Shown here in pieces: positions 1-9,241 of a stretch of 32,000 nt of DNA. A model generated the notes under the pieces. It saw nothing but the letters and a program-made list of their open reading frames with translations, had not been told where the DNA came from and made no database searches. A program made the translations under genes and the position numbers. Each line of letters begins with the position of its first letter. Position 1 is the stretch's first letter. The stretch is from Haloquadratum walsbyi C23 (GTDB lineage Archaea > Halobacteriota > Halobacteria > Halobacteriales > Haloferacaceae): the NCBI RefSeq assembly GCF_000237865.1, contig NC_017459.1, positions 360,001 to 392,000 of the forward strand, in the 5' to 3' direction.

Positions 1-580
1 GATTGAAGATGGACTGACAGTCATCCTCAGTAGCCATGATATGGCAGTCATTGAGGATGTTTGTGACCGTGTTATCGTGATGGCTGATGGGGGTATTGTT
101 GCCGATAGCGATGTTGAAACACTTGTAGAAACGGTTGGAGGTGACCGACTCCAGATCAAAAGCAATGATCTAACTCCACGCATTGTGTCAAGACTTCGTG
201 AACGTATCACAAAGACAGCACTCAATGCAACTATCGATAGTGACTCTGACCCTCACATTGAAGTTGAGATTTCAGAAGTATCATTGTATAGATTATTTAA
301 TATATTAGAGGGAGCGGATGTAGAGATTGAGCAGATTCAGACAATCGAAGTCGGACTTGAGGAAGCATTAATTGAGTTGACGAGTACTCAATCACAAGCT
401 GACACTCAAACACAGGTAGGCAGTGTGGATGAATCACATACCAAAGTGGGTGATCCATCTGTCAATAAAAACCAACAGGAAGCGAAATCACCGGGAGGCA
501 CTGAGATATCCACTGACAGCATTCAGCGTAGTAATCATTCTGAGAGTGATATGGGCAGATCACGAGAACATGATATATGA
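1..580 (+). CDS. ABC transporter ATP-binding protein, C-terminal part (5' end outside window)
   Basis: The frame is open from base 2. IEDGLTVILSSHDMAVIEDVCDRVIVMADGGIV matches the D-loop/H-loop end of ABC ATPases. The stop overlaps the next start (ATGA at 577-580). The protein ends in a long polar, acidic tail. Confidence 0.8.
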   Translation, partial: IEDGLTVILSSHDMAVIEDVCDRVIVMADGGIVADSDVETLVETVGGDRLQIKSNDLTPRIVSRLRERITKTALNATIDSDSDPHIEVEISEVSLYRLFNILEGADVEIEQIQTIEVGLEEALIELTSTQSQADTQTQVGSVDESHTKVGDPSVNKNQQEAKSPGGTEISTDSIQRSNHSESDMGRSREHDI

Positions 581-1413
581 CCGATTCTCAACTCTTCTCT
601 ACAGCACATCAAGACGACACAGAGCAATCAGACCCACAGCCAGCCACGTATTATCATCTCACGCGAGCAGTTCTTCTCCGTGAGTTCTTATTGTTTATTC
701 GGTATCCGGCAAACGCGGTTGGTGGAATTGTAGTTGCTTTATTCTTTTTTATTGTGTTATTTTATGGCGGACAACTGCTAGCTGGGCGAGCATTAGCTGA
801 TTCAATTGAGGGTATTGTTGTCGGTTACTTTCTGTGGACACTGTCATCTGGTGCGTATGCATCGATATCGAATGATATCGGAAGCGAGGTCCAATGGGGG
901 ACACTTGAGAGACATGTCACCACACCATTCGGATTCGCGCCTGTTGCGCTACTCAAAGGTGTTGCCAAACTTGTTCGGACATTTCTCACATCGGCGGTGA
1001 TCCTTGTTGGGATGTTGCTAGTGACAGGAACTAAACTTGCATTTCCTCCGGTAACAGTCATAGTGGTTGCAGGAGCAAGTGTTGCGTCCGTACTCGGACT
1101 TGGCTTTGCTGCTGGGGGAATCACGGTATTATATAAGCGAGTTGGAACGTGGCTCGGACTTCTTCAATTTGGATTTGTTATTCTTGTTTCAGCACCTGTT
1201 TTCTCAATTCCGTGGCTTCGGGCACTTCCGTTAGCACACGGAAGTGCGCTTCTCCAGCGAGTGATGGTTGATGGGACACGCCTCTGGGAATTTAGCATCA
1301 CTGAAATCAGTCTGTTATTCGCTATTGCAGTTGTATATCTCCTTGGCGGCTATGTTGTTTTTCACTACTCAACACGCCGAGCACGACGGCTTGGTGTACT
1401 TGGCGATTATTAG
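577..1413 (+). CDS. ABC-2 type transporter permease
   Basis: 278-aa polytopic hydrophobic protein, translationally coupled to the upstream ATPase. This arrangement is typical of ABC-2 exporters. Confidence 0.7.
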   Translation: MTDSQLFSTAHQDDTEQSDPQPATYYHLTRAVLLREFLLFIRYPANAVGGIVVALFFFIVLFYGGQLLAGRALADSIEGIVVGYFLWTLSSGAYASISNDIGSEVQWGTLERHVTTPFGFAPVALLKGVAKLVRTFLTSAVILVGMLLVTGTKLAFPPVTVIVVAGASVASVLGLGFAAGGITVLYKRVGTWLGLLQFGFVILVSAPVFSIPWLRALPLAHGSALLQRVMVDGTRLWEFSITEISLLFAIAVVYLLGGYVVFHYSTRRARRLGVLGDY

Positions 1414-1519
1414 TGGATTTTACTCCAGAACGACTCTTGAATGATGGGTGCAGTTGAGCGTATTGTGGTATAACTACTATGCGTAAGATGAGAGAAATTC
1501 AATATACTTCTTGTTAGTA

Positions 1520-1912
1520 TTATGACCCCCGACTTGGGGCAATGCGTGCGAGCGTCAGATATAGTCCAAACGCAGCGAGAAGTAACCCAGCGAACTGCGT
1601 GCCAGCTGTTGCAATAAATCCAACATCATACAACAATGGCGCAGCCATAAACCAACCTCCAAAGATCGTTGTTAGCACTGCTGGAGCAAGCGCAACGACA
1701 CCATCTCGGCGAAGCAGCCGAAGACTCTGAACCGCAAAAACAAGCCCGAGAAGACTGCTTGAAACGATACTTCCGGTAAATGCTGTTGATGAACCACCAA
1801 TCAATGGGGTCACACCAGCGAGTAAACAGCCAATAACTCCAATCACAGCGCTGGTGAGTAAGAATGGCTCATCCCGCTGTTCAGCACTTCGTGCATCTGA
1901 TGTGAATGACAT
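1520..1912 (-). CDS. small integral membrane protein (about 4 TM), function unknown
   Basis: 130-aa ORF with four hydrophobic segments and an acidic N-terminus. No motif recognised. Confidence 0.5.
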   Translation of the reverse strand: MSFTSDARSAEQRDEPFLLTSAVIGVIGCLLAGVTPLIGGSSTAFTGSIVSSSLLGLVFAVQSLRLLRRDGVVALAPAVLTTIFGGWFMAAPLLYDVGFIATAGTQFAGLLLAAFGLYLTLARIAPSRGS

Positions 1913-2050
1913 CCTATCTGAAAGTATGTCCGATGGTCTAAAAATTAGTGGGGGTTGCCAACTGTCATATATTCAGACTCAGAGATACTCTCCACAATCC
2001 ATCCAATCGGCAGCCGAAGGCTACTATTCACTCCAGTACATAATATTCAT

Positions 2051-3442
2051 ATGCGTTTATTTTGGCATCGGCGCGACCCTCGGCTTCGAGATAATGCTGG
2101 GCTAGCCGCTGCAGCACGGGCTGATTCTGAGTCGGTTCTACCAGTATATGTATATGATTCAGACTTATTTGACGCCATTGGGGAGCGACAACAGGCATTT
2201 TGGATGCATGCGGTTCGTGAGCTCAAGGAAGCATATCGTGAGCGCGAAAGTGATCTTATCGTTCGTGCTGGCGATCCAGGCGACATCATTCCAGCATTAG
2301 CTGAAGAGTATGACATCGATGGTGTACACTGTAATCAGCACTATCGACCGGGACGCCAGTCTCGGCGCGAGCGTGTTGCAAGTGAACTTGATAAGTCTGG
2401 GATTGCATTTGACGTTCGAACAGATCACGTGCTTGTTGATCCCGGTCGGCTTGATGCATCATATCCAAATCATAGTCAATTTCACAATGATTGGGAAGAT
2501 GTTCCAAAACGGTCAGCATATAATTCACCACCGGCTGAGACGCTTGTCGATATTACTGATAGCAAAACTGTCCCTGTCCCAACGGTTGAGATCGATCTTC
2601 CACCTTCGGGGTATGAGGCTGCGCGAGACCGCCTTGATCGGTTCTGTGACCGAGGTATTTATGATTATAATGATACGCGTGATGACCTCGCACAGGCTGC
2701 TGAGAAACCAACAACAGCAGTGTCACGAATGTCACCGTATCTCTCTGGTGGGATGATTGGTATTCGAGAGGTATGGGACGCTGCAAGTTCAGTATATGAG
2801 GCTGTACACGGAAATGAGCGCCGTAATGCCGATAAGTATAGATATGAACTCTCCTGGCGCGAACAAAACTATCACTTATTATACTATAACCCTGATCTCG
2901 CAGTTTCGAACTATAAATCGATTCCAAACGAGATACAGTGGCGAGATGATGATGAGGCGTTTAAATCATGGGCTCTAGGACAAACCGGCTACCCGCTTGT
3001 TGATGCTGGCATGCGGCAACTCAATCGCGAAGGCTATATTCACAACCGTCCGCGACAAGTGGTAGCGAGCTTTTTAACGAAGCATCTCCTCGTTGACTGG
3101 CGTCGCGGCGCACGGTACTTCACCAAACAACTCATCGATCATGATTATGCTTCAAATCACGGGAGTTGGCAGTGGATTGCATCAACTGGTACTGATTCCG
3201 TTGATGTTCGAATCTTCGACCCTGTGAGCCAGTTGTCGAAATATGACGATGGCGCAAACTTTGTGCGTGAGTATGTTCCCGAATTGAGTGATACACCAAC
3301 AGAGAAGATTATTGAGTGGCCAACATTGTCGCCTGGTGACCGTGCACAGTTTGCCCCAGAGTATCCTGATCCAATTGTCGGAAGAAATGAAGGGTATGAA
3401 CGCGCACAACAGACATTTGAGAAGGCGCTCGGAAAGCGATAG
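2051..3442 (+). CDS. phr: deoxyribodipyrimidine (CPD) photolyase
   Basis: MRLFWHRRDPRLRDNAGL N-terminus, and the FAD-binding C-terminal region contains the WREQNYH and SWQWIASTG motifs. ATG at 2051 is chosen over the upstream TTG in the ORF track. Confidence 0.9.
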   Translation: MRLFWHRRDPRLRDNAGLAAAARADSESVLPVYVYDSDLFDAIGERQQAFWMHAVRELKEAYRERESDLIVRAGDPGDIIPALAEEYDIDGVHCNQHYRPGRQSRRERVASELDKSGIAFDVRTDHVLVDPGRLDASYPNHSQFHNDWEDVPKRSAYNSPPAETLVDITDSKTVPVPTVEIDLPPSGYEAARDRLDRFCDRGIYDYNDTRDDLAQAAEKPTTAVSRMSPYLSGGMIGIREVWDAASSVYEAVHGNERRNADKYRYELSWREQNYHLLYYNPDLAVSNYKSIPNEIQWRDDDEAFKSWALGQTGYPLVDAGMRQLNREGYIHNRPRQVVASFLTKHLLVDWRRGARYFTKQLIDHDYASNHGSWQWIASTGTDSVDVRIFDPVSQLSKYDDGANFVREYVPELSDTPTEKIIEWPTLSPGDRAQFAPEYPDPIVGRNEGYERAQQTFEKALGKR

Positions 3443-3588
3443 ATCACACAGCACAGAGACGAAATGTAATCTCGGATGATGCTTATTTCAAACTGAAGCT
3501 AATTATTTCTATTTTCTTGAGATAGGTGACCTTTGGCAGCGGCAGTCCTCCCCGGTCACACAATGGTTTTTAGAGTTCCGACCACAGA

Positions 3589-4263
3589 ATGAGTATGCGT
3601 CTTGCATTACTTGGCGGAACTGGTGATATTGGCGAAGGTCTTGCACTCCGTTTTGGCTTTCATACAAACCACGATGTTGTCATTGGCTCTCGTGATCCTG
3701 ATAAAGCACATGATGCAGCAGAAGCATATACTGACGAATTGAATGAACAAGGCGTTGATACGAAAATTACTGGATTTGAGAATGAAATGGCAGCCGATCG
3801 CGGAGAGATTGTCTTCTTATGCGTTCCCCCATATCATGTCGCAGATACAGTTGCTGTTGCCGCAGATAGATTATCATCCGATGATATCATTGTCACCCCA
3901 GCGGCAGGTGTAAAGCGTGATGAGGATGGATTTCATTATCACCCGCCAAGTGCAGGAAGTGTCACAGCACTTGTTGCCGATGCCGCACCTGACTCAGTCC
4001 CTGTTATCGGCGCCTTTCACAACCTTGCAGCGGGGCGACTTGCCAATCTCGATGCGGATCTTGGTATCGATACCTTACTAATAGGCGATGATACAACAGC
4101 AAAGGAAACGATTGGCGACCTTGCTGAAGATATTGATGGTCTTCGGGCGCTTGATGCCGGAGGCGTTGCAAACGCCGCTGAAGTTGAATCACTGACTCCA
4201 CTTTTGATTACAGTCGCACAACAAAATGAAGATCTTCATGACCTTGGTGTGACATTCGATTAA
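3589..4263 (+). CDS. npdG: NADPH-dependent F420 reductase
   Basis: N-terminal Rossmann motif LALLGGTGDIGEGLALRF, size and overall pattern typical of NpdG. A T-rich TATA-like box (TTTTTA) lies roughly 20-25 nt upstream of the ATG. Confidence 0.8.
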   Translation: MSMRLALLGGTGDIGEGLALRFGFHTNHDVVIGSRDPDKAHDAAEAYTDELNEQGVDTKITGFENEMAADRGEIVFLCVPPYHVADTVAVAADRLSSDDIIVTPAAGVKRDEDGFHYHPPSAGSVTALVADAAPDSVPVIGAFHNLAAGRLANLDADLGIDTLLIGDDTTAKETIGDLAEDIDGLRALDAGGVANAAEVESLTPLLITVAQQNEDLHDLGVTFD

Positions 4264-4518
4264 TACTATTATGATGCCCAGCTTTTCAAATAAAGTGCAC
4301 AGGGCAAGTAACCTATTGAAATCCCGCTGTGCTCTTCAGATACAAAAGCCACATACTGTATCGAGAGGAGTGAGACTGACACGGTTGGATTGAATTCTCA
4401 CTCAAGTCCCAATCAGGAGAGTTATCTTTACTATGTCGGATTCTCTCCCAGCAAACGCGATTTTATTTTGATACTAGTATAATATTGAATATATTCTCAT
4501 TTACGGCATATATCGAAA

Positions 4519-4836
4519 CTAACAGCAATTCTTTTTAAAGTCGTCCATGCAGCTCCTCCCGAGGTCATCAAGCGTTATTTCTTCCATTGCGAGCACGACA
4601 AAAAGATGATAAATAAGATCCGCACTTTCAGCCTGGATTGCTGCTGAATCACTATCTTTTGCTGCAAGGATCGTCTCGGTTGCCTCTTCGCCTAATTTCT
4701 CGAGCGCAGCGTTTTCTCCTTTCTCATGCGTAAACAGTGATGCAGTATATGAATCATCTGGTAACGTTTCCCGTCGAGATTCAATTACTGAAAAGAGATC
4801 ATCAAATACCGTCTTTGGCAATTCATCATCAGTCAT
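4519..4836 (-). CDS. hisE: phosphoribosyl-ATP pyrophosphohydrolase
   Basis: 105 aa. SYTASLF...KLGEEATETILAAKD...ESADLIYHLFVVL is the MazG-like HisE signature. Confidence 0.85.
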   Translation of the reverse strand: MTDDELPKTVFDDLFSVIESRRETLPDDSYTASLFTHEKGENAALEKLGEEATETILAAKDSDSAAIQAESADLIYHLFVVLAMEEITLDDLGRSCMDDFKKNCC

Positions 4837-5028
4837 ATGCTATTATTTTCATCAGATGAAAAAGAATCGTCCGATACACATCTGAATCGCCTCGACATCA
4901 AACCGCATGGTATTTGTCTTAATTTCATATGAACAATTGCTCAAAAAAGCATTACACAGAGATATGATCGCTTAGGGGAAGGGTTCACATTACATGAAAC
5001 TGATCAACGCCCATCACGATTCGATTGA

Positions 5029-5646
5029 TCAGTCAATCGATACTGCTGTGTCAACATTGTTGTTTTGATTGGCAAAAAACGCGAGATCATGAATTCGACT
5101 GTCCGGTGTCAACTCCGGATGAAATGCAGTGGCAACGACCGCACCATCTTGGACAGCAACCGGATTGTCCTCCCACTGTGCAAGCACTGTCGCGTCCTCA
5201 CCGGCAGCGTCGATAACTGGTGCGCGGATAAAGACCGCTGGGAATGGTTCATCAAGACCGTCAACATCGAGTGGTGCTTCAAAACTATCGATCTGTCGAC
5301 CGAAGGCGTTTCGATCAACTGTGACATCAATAATATCAAGCGTCTCAACACGATCATCCTTCGCGTCGCGAGCAGCAACAATCAATCCGGCGCATGTGGC
5401 AAGAACAGGTTTTCCAGCTTCAACGTGAGCTTGAATTTCAGCATCAATTCCTTCCCGATCTAGTAACCGTGAAATAGCTGTTGACTCGCCACCAGGAAGC
5501 AAAAGAACGTCGCAATCAGGAACAACACCGGACTGTCTAATTTCAACAATCTCAACGGATATGCTGTGAGATTCTCCAGCACGACGGATAGCTGCCGCAT
5601 GTTCAGAGACATCGCCCTGTACTGCGACGACACCAGCTTGAATCAT
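5029..5646 (-). CDS. pdxT: pyridoxal 5'-phosphate synthase glutaminase subunit
   Basis: VAVQGDVSEH, LLLPGGESTA, ATCAGLI (catalytic Cys) and AFHPELT motifs of PdxT/SNO. Confidence 0.9.
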   Translation of the reverse strand: MIQAGVVAVQGDVSEHAAAIRRAGESHSISVEIVEIRQSGVVPDCDVLLLPGGESTAISRLLDREGIDAEIQAHVEAGKPVLATCAGLIVAARDAKDDRVETLDIIDVTVDRNAFGRQIDSFEAPLDVDGLDEPFPAVFIRAPVIDAAGEDATVLAQWEDNPVAVQDGAVVATAFHPELTPDSRIHDLAFFANQNNNVDTAVSID

Positions 5647-5771
5647 ACATATACGATAGATTCACAATGACAAAAGATGTCCGTTCAAACCCGTATAACA
5701 GAATTATAAAAATCCAATGGGTTTAAGCCGTGACTGAATCTCTGTGACGTTCAAATACAAGACGCTGCTAC

Positions 5772-5936
5772 CTAGATTGCAAGTGCATTCAGTACAAGCA
5801 CACCTACCCCAAAGAGCACACCAAATGCAACGACTGTCTTCGGGTCAATCCGTATTGAATTCCGATCTTCAGCGTCGAAATACCGTACAAGACCTGCACT
5901 GGACATCAATCCACCGGAATTTTGTCCGCTACTCAT
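5772..5936 (-). CDS. preprotein translocase subunit Sec61-beta (54 aa, below the ORF-track cutoff)
   Basis: Manual translation of the minus strand gives [54 protein letters not shown]. This matches the conserved archaeal Sec61-beta pattern with a C-terminal TM anchor. Confidence 0.8.
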   Translation of the reverse strand: MSSGQNSGGLMSSAGLVRYFDAEDRNSIRIDPKTVVAFGVLFGVGVLVLNALAI

Positions 5937-6327
5937 ACATTCACTTAAATGATTTCATAGTCTAAATGTTTCGGCTTGTGAGGCATTTTACCAGCTGTTC
6001 ACGACGAATGCCAGGGGGTTGATGTGATCCCGAGGCGGTTCACTCTTCGTCTGTACTGTTCTGTCCTGATAACCGGCATAAAGAAGACCCACGTCCTCAG
6101 CTAACAGTCGTTGGTAATTTGATTTTTTTATCTGAAGCGGAACACGCACATAGACGTTCCAGATAAACTGACTGTGGGCTTAGATCTAATCGTTGCTCAG
6201 AGTGTCACCGACTGGTCAAGACGGCACTCAAAATGGATGTTTAATCGTCGACAGACGGTGTCACGGTGGAATATATCTCATATCTGGCTTGCGTAACAAC
6301 TTTGTAACTCAATCTCTTAACTCTCTT

Positions 6328-6427
6328 GCTACATCCTGCGAGGGTACTGAGATCTAGCCATTGCTGTCGAACCACAATCAGATTGTTGGAGTCAGTTATG
6401 GCAAAAAAGCCCTCTCGGGGATGTAGC
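6328..6427. repeat. 100-bp element bounded by imperfect inverted repeats (GCTACATCC...GGATGTAGC) with an internal hairpin
   Basis: Left arm gctacatcctgcgaggg (6328-6344); right arm ccctctcggggatgtagc (6410-6427). The outer 9 nt pair perfectly. An inner near-palindrome reads ccacaatcagattgttgg. Confidence 0.6.
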
Positions 6428-6447
6428 AGTGTCGTGTCATAGTTTGT

Positions 6448-6499
6448 GCTGGTTGACGCGTCTGCCTGACATTTGGCTTGAGGTGTCGCGTCAACCAGC
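6448..6499. repeat. perfect 13-bp stem / 26-nt loop hairpin
   Basis: gctggttgacgcg (6448-6460) is the exact reverse complement of cgcgtcaaccagc (6487-6499). Confidence 0.85.
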
Positions 6500-7047
6500 T
6501 CTCATTCCGTCTCATCGATGGAGACAGACGCCTACTCCCCACCGGGCGTTTGTTTCTCGGACAGAGCAGTGGCAAGTGCTTTGTGTTCTCCTGTTCCCCT
6601 CAGAATATCAGCTATCTCTGGATACCACCAGTCGGTGGTAATGTGACCACTATTTCTTTTCGACATCGTGTTCGTTTCATTTGGAACGCTCGATAGCGCG
6701 TTCCGATTCACATTCGAGTAACGAAGCTCACAGTCCCAACATCTGTTGATGGAGTGATGATCCTCCACTGTCAGCGGTAACCCGAATAAAATCGGCTTTG
6801 AGACTATCCCATAGTTCTACGTGTGGGCGCGTAGACACCCGCTACAGTGTTTATAGTCGCTCATAAGTTCGGACACTACTCACGTATGGAGTTGGACCCG
6901 AGTCCCATTAGACAACTTCTGTTGTGTTACTGAAAGAGAATACGTATCAAGATACAATCGAATGCCCCAGACTTGGACATGACCTCAAGATGATTCATTG
7001 GCACCGATAGCACACAATTTATATTGATCATTCATTATATATAGTGT

Positions 7048-7392
7048 ATGAGTACGACCGAAGACGTGCTAGAGCATCATCTCGAAGTATTCGCCGCGAG
7101 AGATGTTGAGGCAACGATGTCAGATTATGCGGATGACGCAACTGTCATCACTCATGATGGGATGTATCACGGGACTGCGGAGATCAGAGAATTATTTGAG
7201 ACATTGTATGATGAGTTTGAAACAGCAGTCGAATTCAACTTACAAAGACAGGTTGTTGATGACGACTGCGCATATATTGTTTGGAATGCTGAAACTGACG
7301 AAAACGTCTATGAGTATGCAACAGACACATTCGTGATCAATGACGGTAACATCGTCACACAGACCCTTGCTGCGAAGATTGACCCGAAATAG
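7048..7392 (+). CDS. SnoaL-like / NTF2-fold protein
   Basis: 114-aa acidic protein. The HHLEVFAARDVEATMSDYADDA...DTFVINDGNIV pattern is typical of SnoaL-like domains. An AT-rich TATA-like sequence lies upstream. Confidence 0.65.
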   Translation: MSTTEDVLEHHLEVFAARDVEATMSDYADDATVITHDGMYHGTAEIRELFETLYDEFETAVEFNLQRQVVDDDCAYIVWNAETDENVYEYATDTFVINDGNIVTQTLAAKIDPK

Positions 7393-7516
7393 CTGATGTT
7401 ATCCGATGCATAGATACAGTATTTCAACGGCAGCGGTGGTCACGGCACAATACCCAATTCGACCTGCCCAAGATGACGAGATAATATCTTAGATGTGTGG
7501 ATACATACTTCGGTTA

Positions 7517-7777
7517 CTATATTCCCTGTGAGATACACAGCCGAATGTTCGCCACGTCGTCTATGTGAATCAACAGCCAGCTCACGCCGTCACTCTCAAA
7601 TAACTCGGAGAAAAGCCAATCCGTGGTTTGAGTAACGAAGTCATCGACTTTGAGATAACTTACCATCCGATAATTATTGCCCGGTTGGTGATCTGGAGTG
7701 GACAGTGTCGACGAATGATCTCCGTGAAAACGAGTCTGGATGCTCTCTATATTGGCTGTAAAATGCAAATCTGTCAT
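7517..7777 (-). CDS. hypothetical protein (86 aa), probably co-transcribed with 7785-8417
   Basis: The ORF starts 7 nt after the stop of the upstream wHTH gene on the same strand. No motif recognised. Confidence 0.4.
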   Translation of the reverse strand: MTDLHFTANIESIQTRFHGDHSSTLSTPDHQPGNNYRMVSYLKVDDFVTQTTDWLFSELFESDGVSWLLIHIDDVANIRLCISQGI

Positions 7778-7784
7778 ACACCAT

Positions 7785-8417
7785 TCACAGGAGAGTTGAA
7801 TTGAGGTTCTGCTTCAATTCTTCTGCGTACTCCTCACGAAGATTAAACATGTCCTCATATTCTGACACCGACAGCCCACGCAGATCTTCTTCTGACATAT
7901 CGAGTTTATTGATAGCCGCCTCAATAGTGGTAATCTTCAGCGTCTTCGCTGTTTGTTCGCCAAACCCGTCTACCTCTGCTATCTCATTAATTGAGGCATC
8001 AAGAATGTCGTTCAGTGTGACAAGTCGCTCCATCTCGAGTTTCCGAAGTCGTTTCTCACCAACACCTGTGAACATATCTGCATTGGCTTCGAGCGTTGCA
8101 CCACTGCTAAATATATTCTCAGAGGATATATCATCCTCAAAACCGGGTTCAGGCGGTGTTGGACGAATATCTAGTGGATGGTATACCGTTACGTCCTGTT
8201 TTGTGCTAGTGCTAGTACTAGTGCTACCGGACGAACTCTGTTCGACCTTTCTGTACTGTGTTTTTTGCTTGAGAAAGCGATAATCCACCATTGTTTTCAG
8301 TACGTCATGCACAGTCCGACTGCTTGCATCGACCTGATCTTCGATATACTGCTTTGTGAAACCATCTGTCGTCAGTGCAATGCGCCAAATACGGTCACGC
8401 CGGGTGTCTTTTGTCAC
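7785..8417 (-). CDS. winged-helix DNA-binding protein with C-terminal tandem helix-hairpin-helix module
   Basis: N-terminus MTKDTRRDRIW...GFTKQYIEDQVDASSRTVHDVLKTMVDY is paralogous to 24500-25138. C-terminus FTGVGEKRLRKLE...IAEVDGFGEQTAKTL contains two HhH (GhG) motifs. A central (ST)4 linker is encoded by a hexanucleotide repeat. Confidence 0.65.
   Translation of the reverse strand: MTKDTRRDRIWRIALTTDGFTKQYIEDQVDASSRTVHDVLKTMVDYRFLKQKTQYRKVEQSSSGSTSTSTSTKQDVTVYHPLDIRPTPPEPGFEDDISSENIFSSGATLEANADMFTGVGEKRLRKLEMERLVTLNDILDASINEIAEVDGFGEQTAKTLKITTIEAAINKLDMSEEDLRGLSVSEYEDMFNLREEYAEELKQNLNSTLL
8205..8228. repeat. hexanucleotide repeat (GCTAGT-like x4) encoding STSTSTST
   Basis: gctagt gctagt actagt gctacc read directly; lies inside CDS 7785-8417. 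Confidence 0.85.
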
Positions 8418-8593
8418 AGAGCTTAGTTACTGTCTCGACAAGAATGAACATTATGCAGTTATCTGCATGGCTTGAAGAGTGAGATATCATCCACAGTCGC
8501 CGCTACAGTTATTTCAGTGTCAGTCTGGTTTCCATCTAAGCTGAACTACACTGCAGTAAGAGAGTGTTTGAGGCTGGCATCGTAATAATATAT

Positions 8594-9100
8594 ATGACCG
8601 ACAAGGTGAATCAATCACCTGGCGTGGATGCCCCCTCTCAAGATTTCGGTGATCACTGGGACAGTATTCTTACAGACATTGAAACAACAGCGACTCGGTA
8701 TGATAATGACGGATGGAAATCACTGGCGCTTCATCCGGGGCATATCACCCCGCTCGCCGGGAAGTCAAATAACCTCTGGGGATTCGATGTTCTTCTGCCT
8801 GACGATGAGTTCGCCACACTTGAGAACACGATCGCTGATATCACTATCACCGATTATGAACTATTCTCAACGGAGGCATCTGGTGGGGTCTTCTTAATGA
8901 GCGTAATGCGTGCAGAGTCTGAAACTGTGGCGGTCATATTCCCACTGTACTACCGCCTCGGAGATGATTCTATCTCAGCACTCAAGACACATACTGCAGA
9001 AACGGGTAGCGTAAGAACGTATCTCCGTCGGCTTGAAAATGACAGACGTATCGAGTTCCAATATGACAAGCCAGGGTTATTTTTTCCTTCACAGCTTTGA
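8594..9100 (+). CDS. conserved haloarchaeal hypothetical protein
   Basis: 168-aa acidic ORF. WDSILTDIETTATRYDNDGWKSLALHPGHITPL...DVLLPDDEF resembles a family I recall as widespread but uncharacterised in Halobacteria. ATG at 8594 is preferred to the GTG at 8564. Confidence 0.55.
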   Translation: MTDKVNQSPGVDAPSQDFGDHWDSILTDIETTATRYDNDGWKSLALHPGHITPLAGKSNNLWGFDVLLPDDEFATLENTIADITITDYELFSTEASGGVFLMSVMRAESETVAVIFPLYYRLGDDSISALKTHTAETGSVRTYLRRLENDRRIEFQYDKPGLFFPSQL

Positions 9101-9241
9101 TGCGCCTATCACCCTCCGATTCCTCACAGAATGACCAGAGTGAGTGAGTATGACGGAGAGAAACCTTTTGTCCCTCCCAGCTAGATTGAGAACAGACACA
9201 GCAGGTGTCTCAACATCACTGTGGTAGAGACAAGCAGTCAC

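Noticed and set aside
2286-2978. Several ORFs on both strands inside the photolyase gene.
   Set aside because: They are embedded in a gene with unambiguous photolyase motifs and have low-complexity or non-acidic translations.
7801-8283. 160-aa plus-strand ORF overlapping the wHTH-HhH gene.
   Set aside because: It is a Ser-rich antisense shadow of a gene with clear motifs on the other strand.
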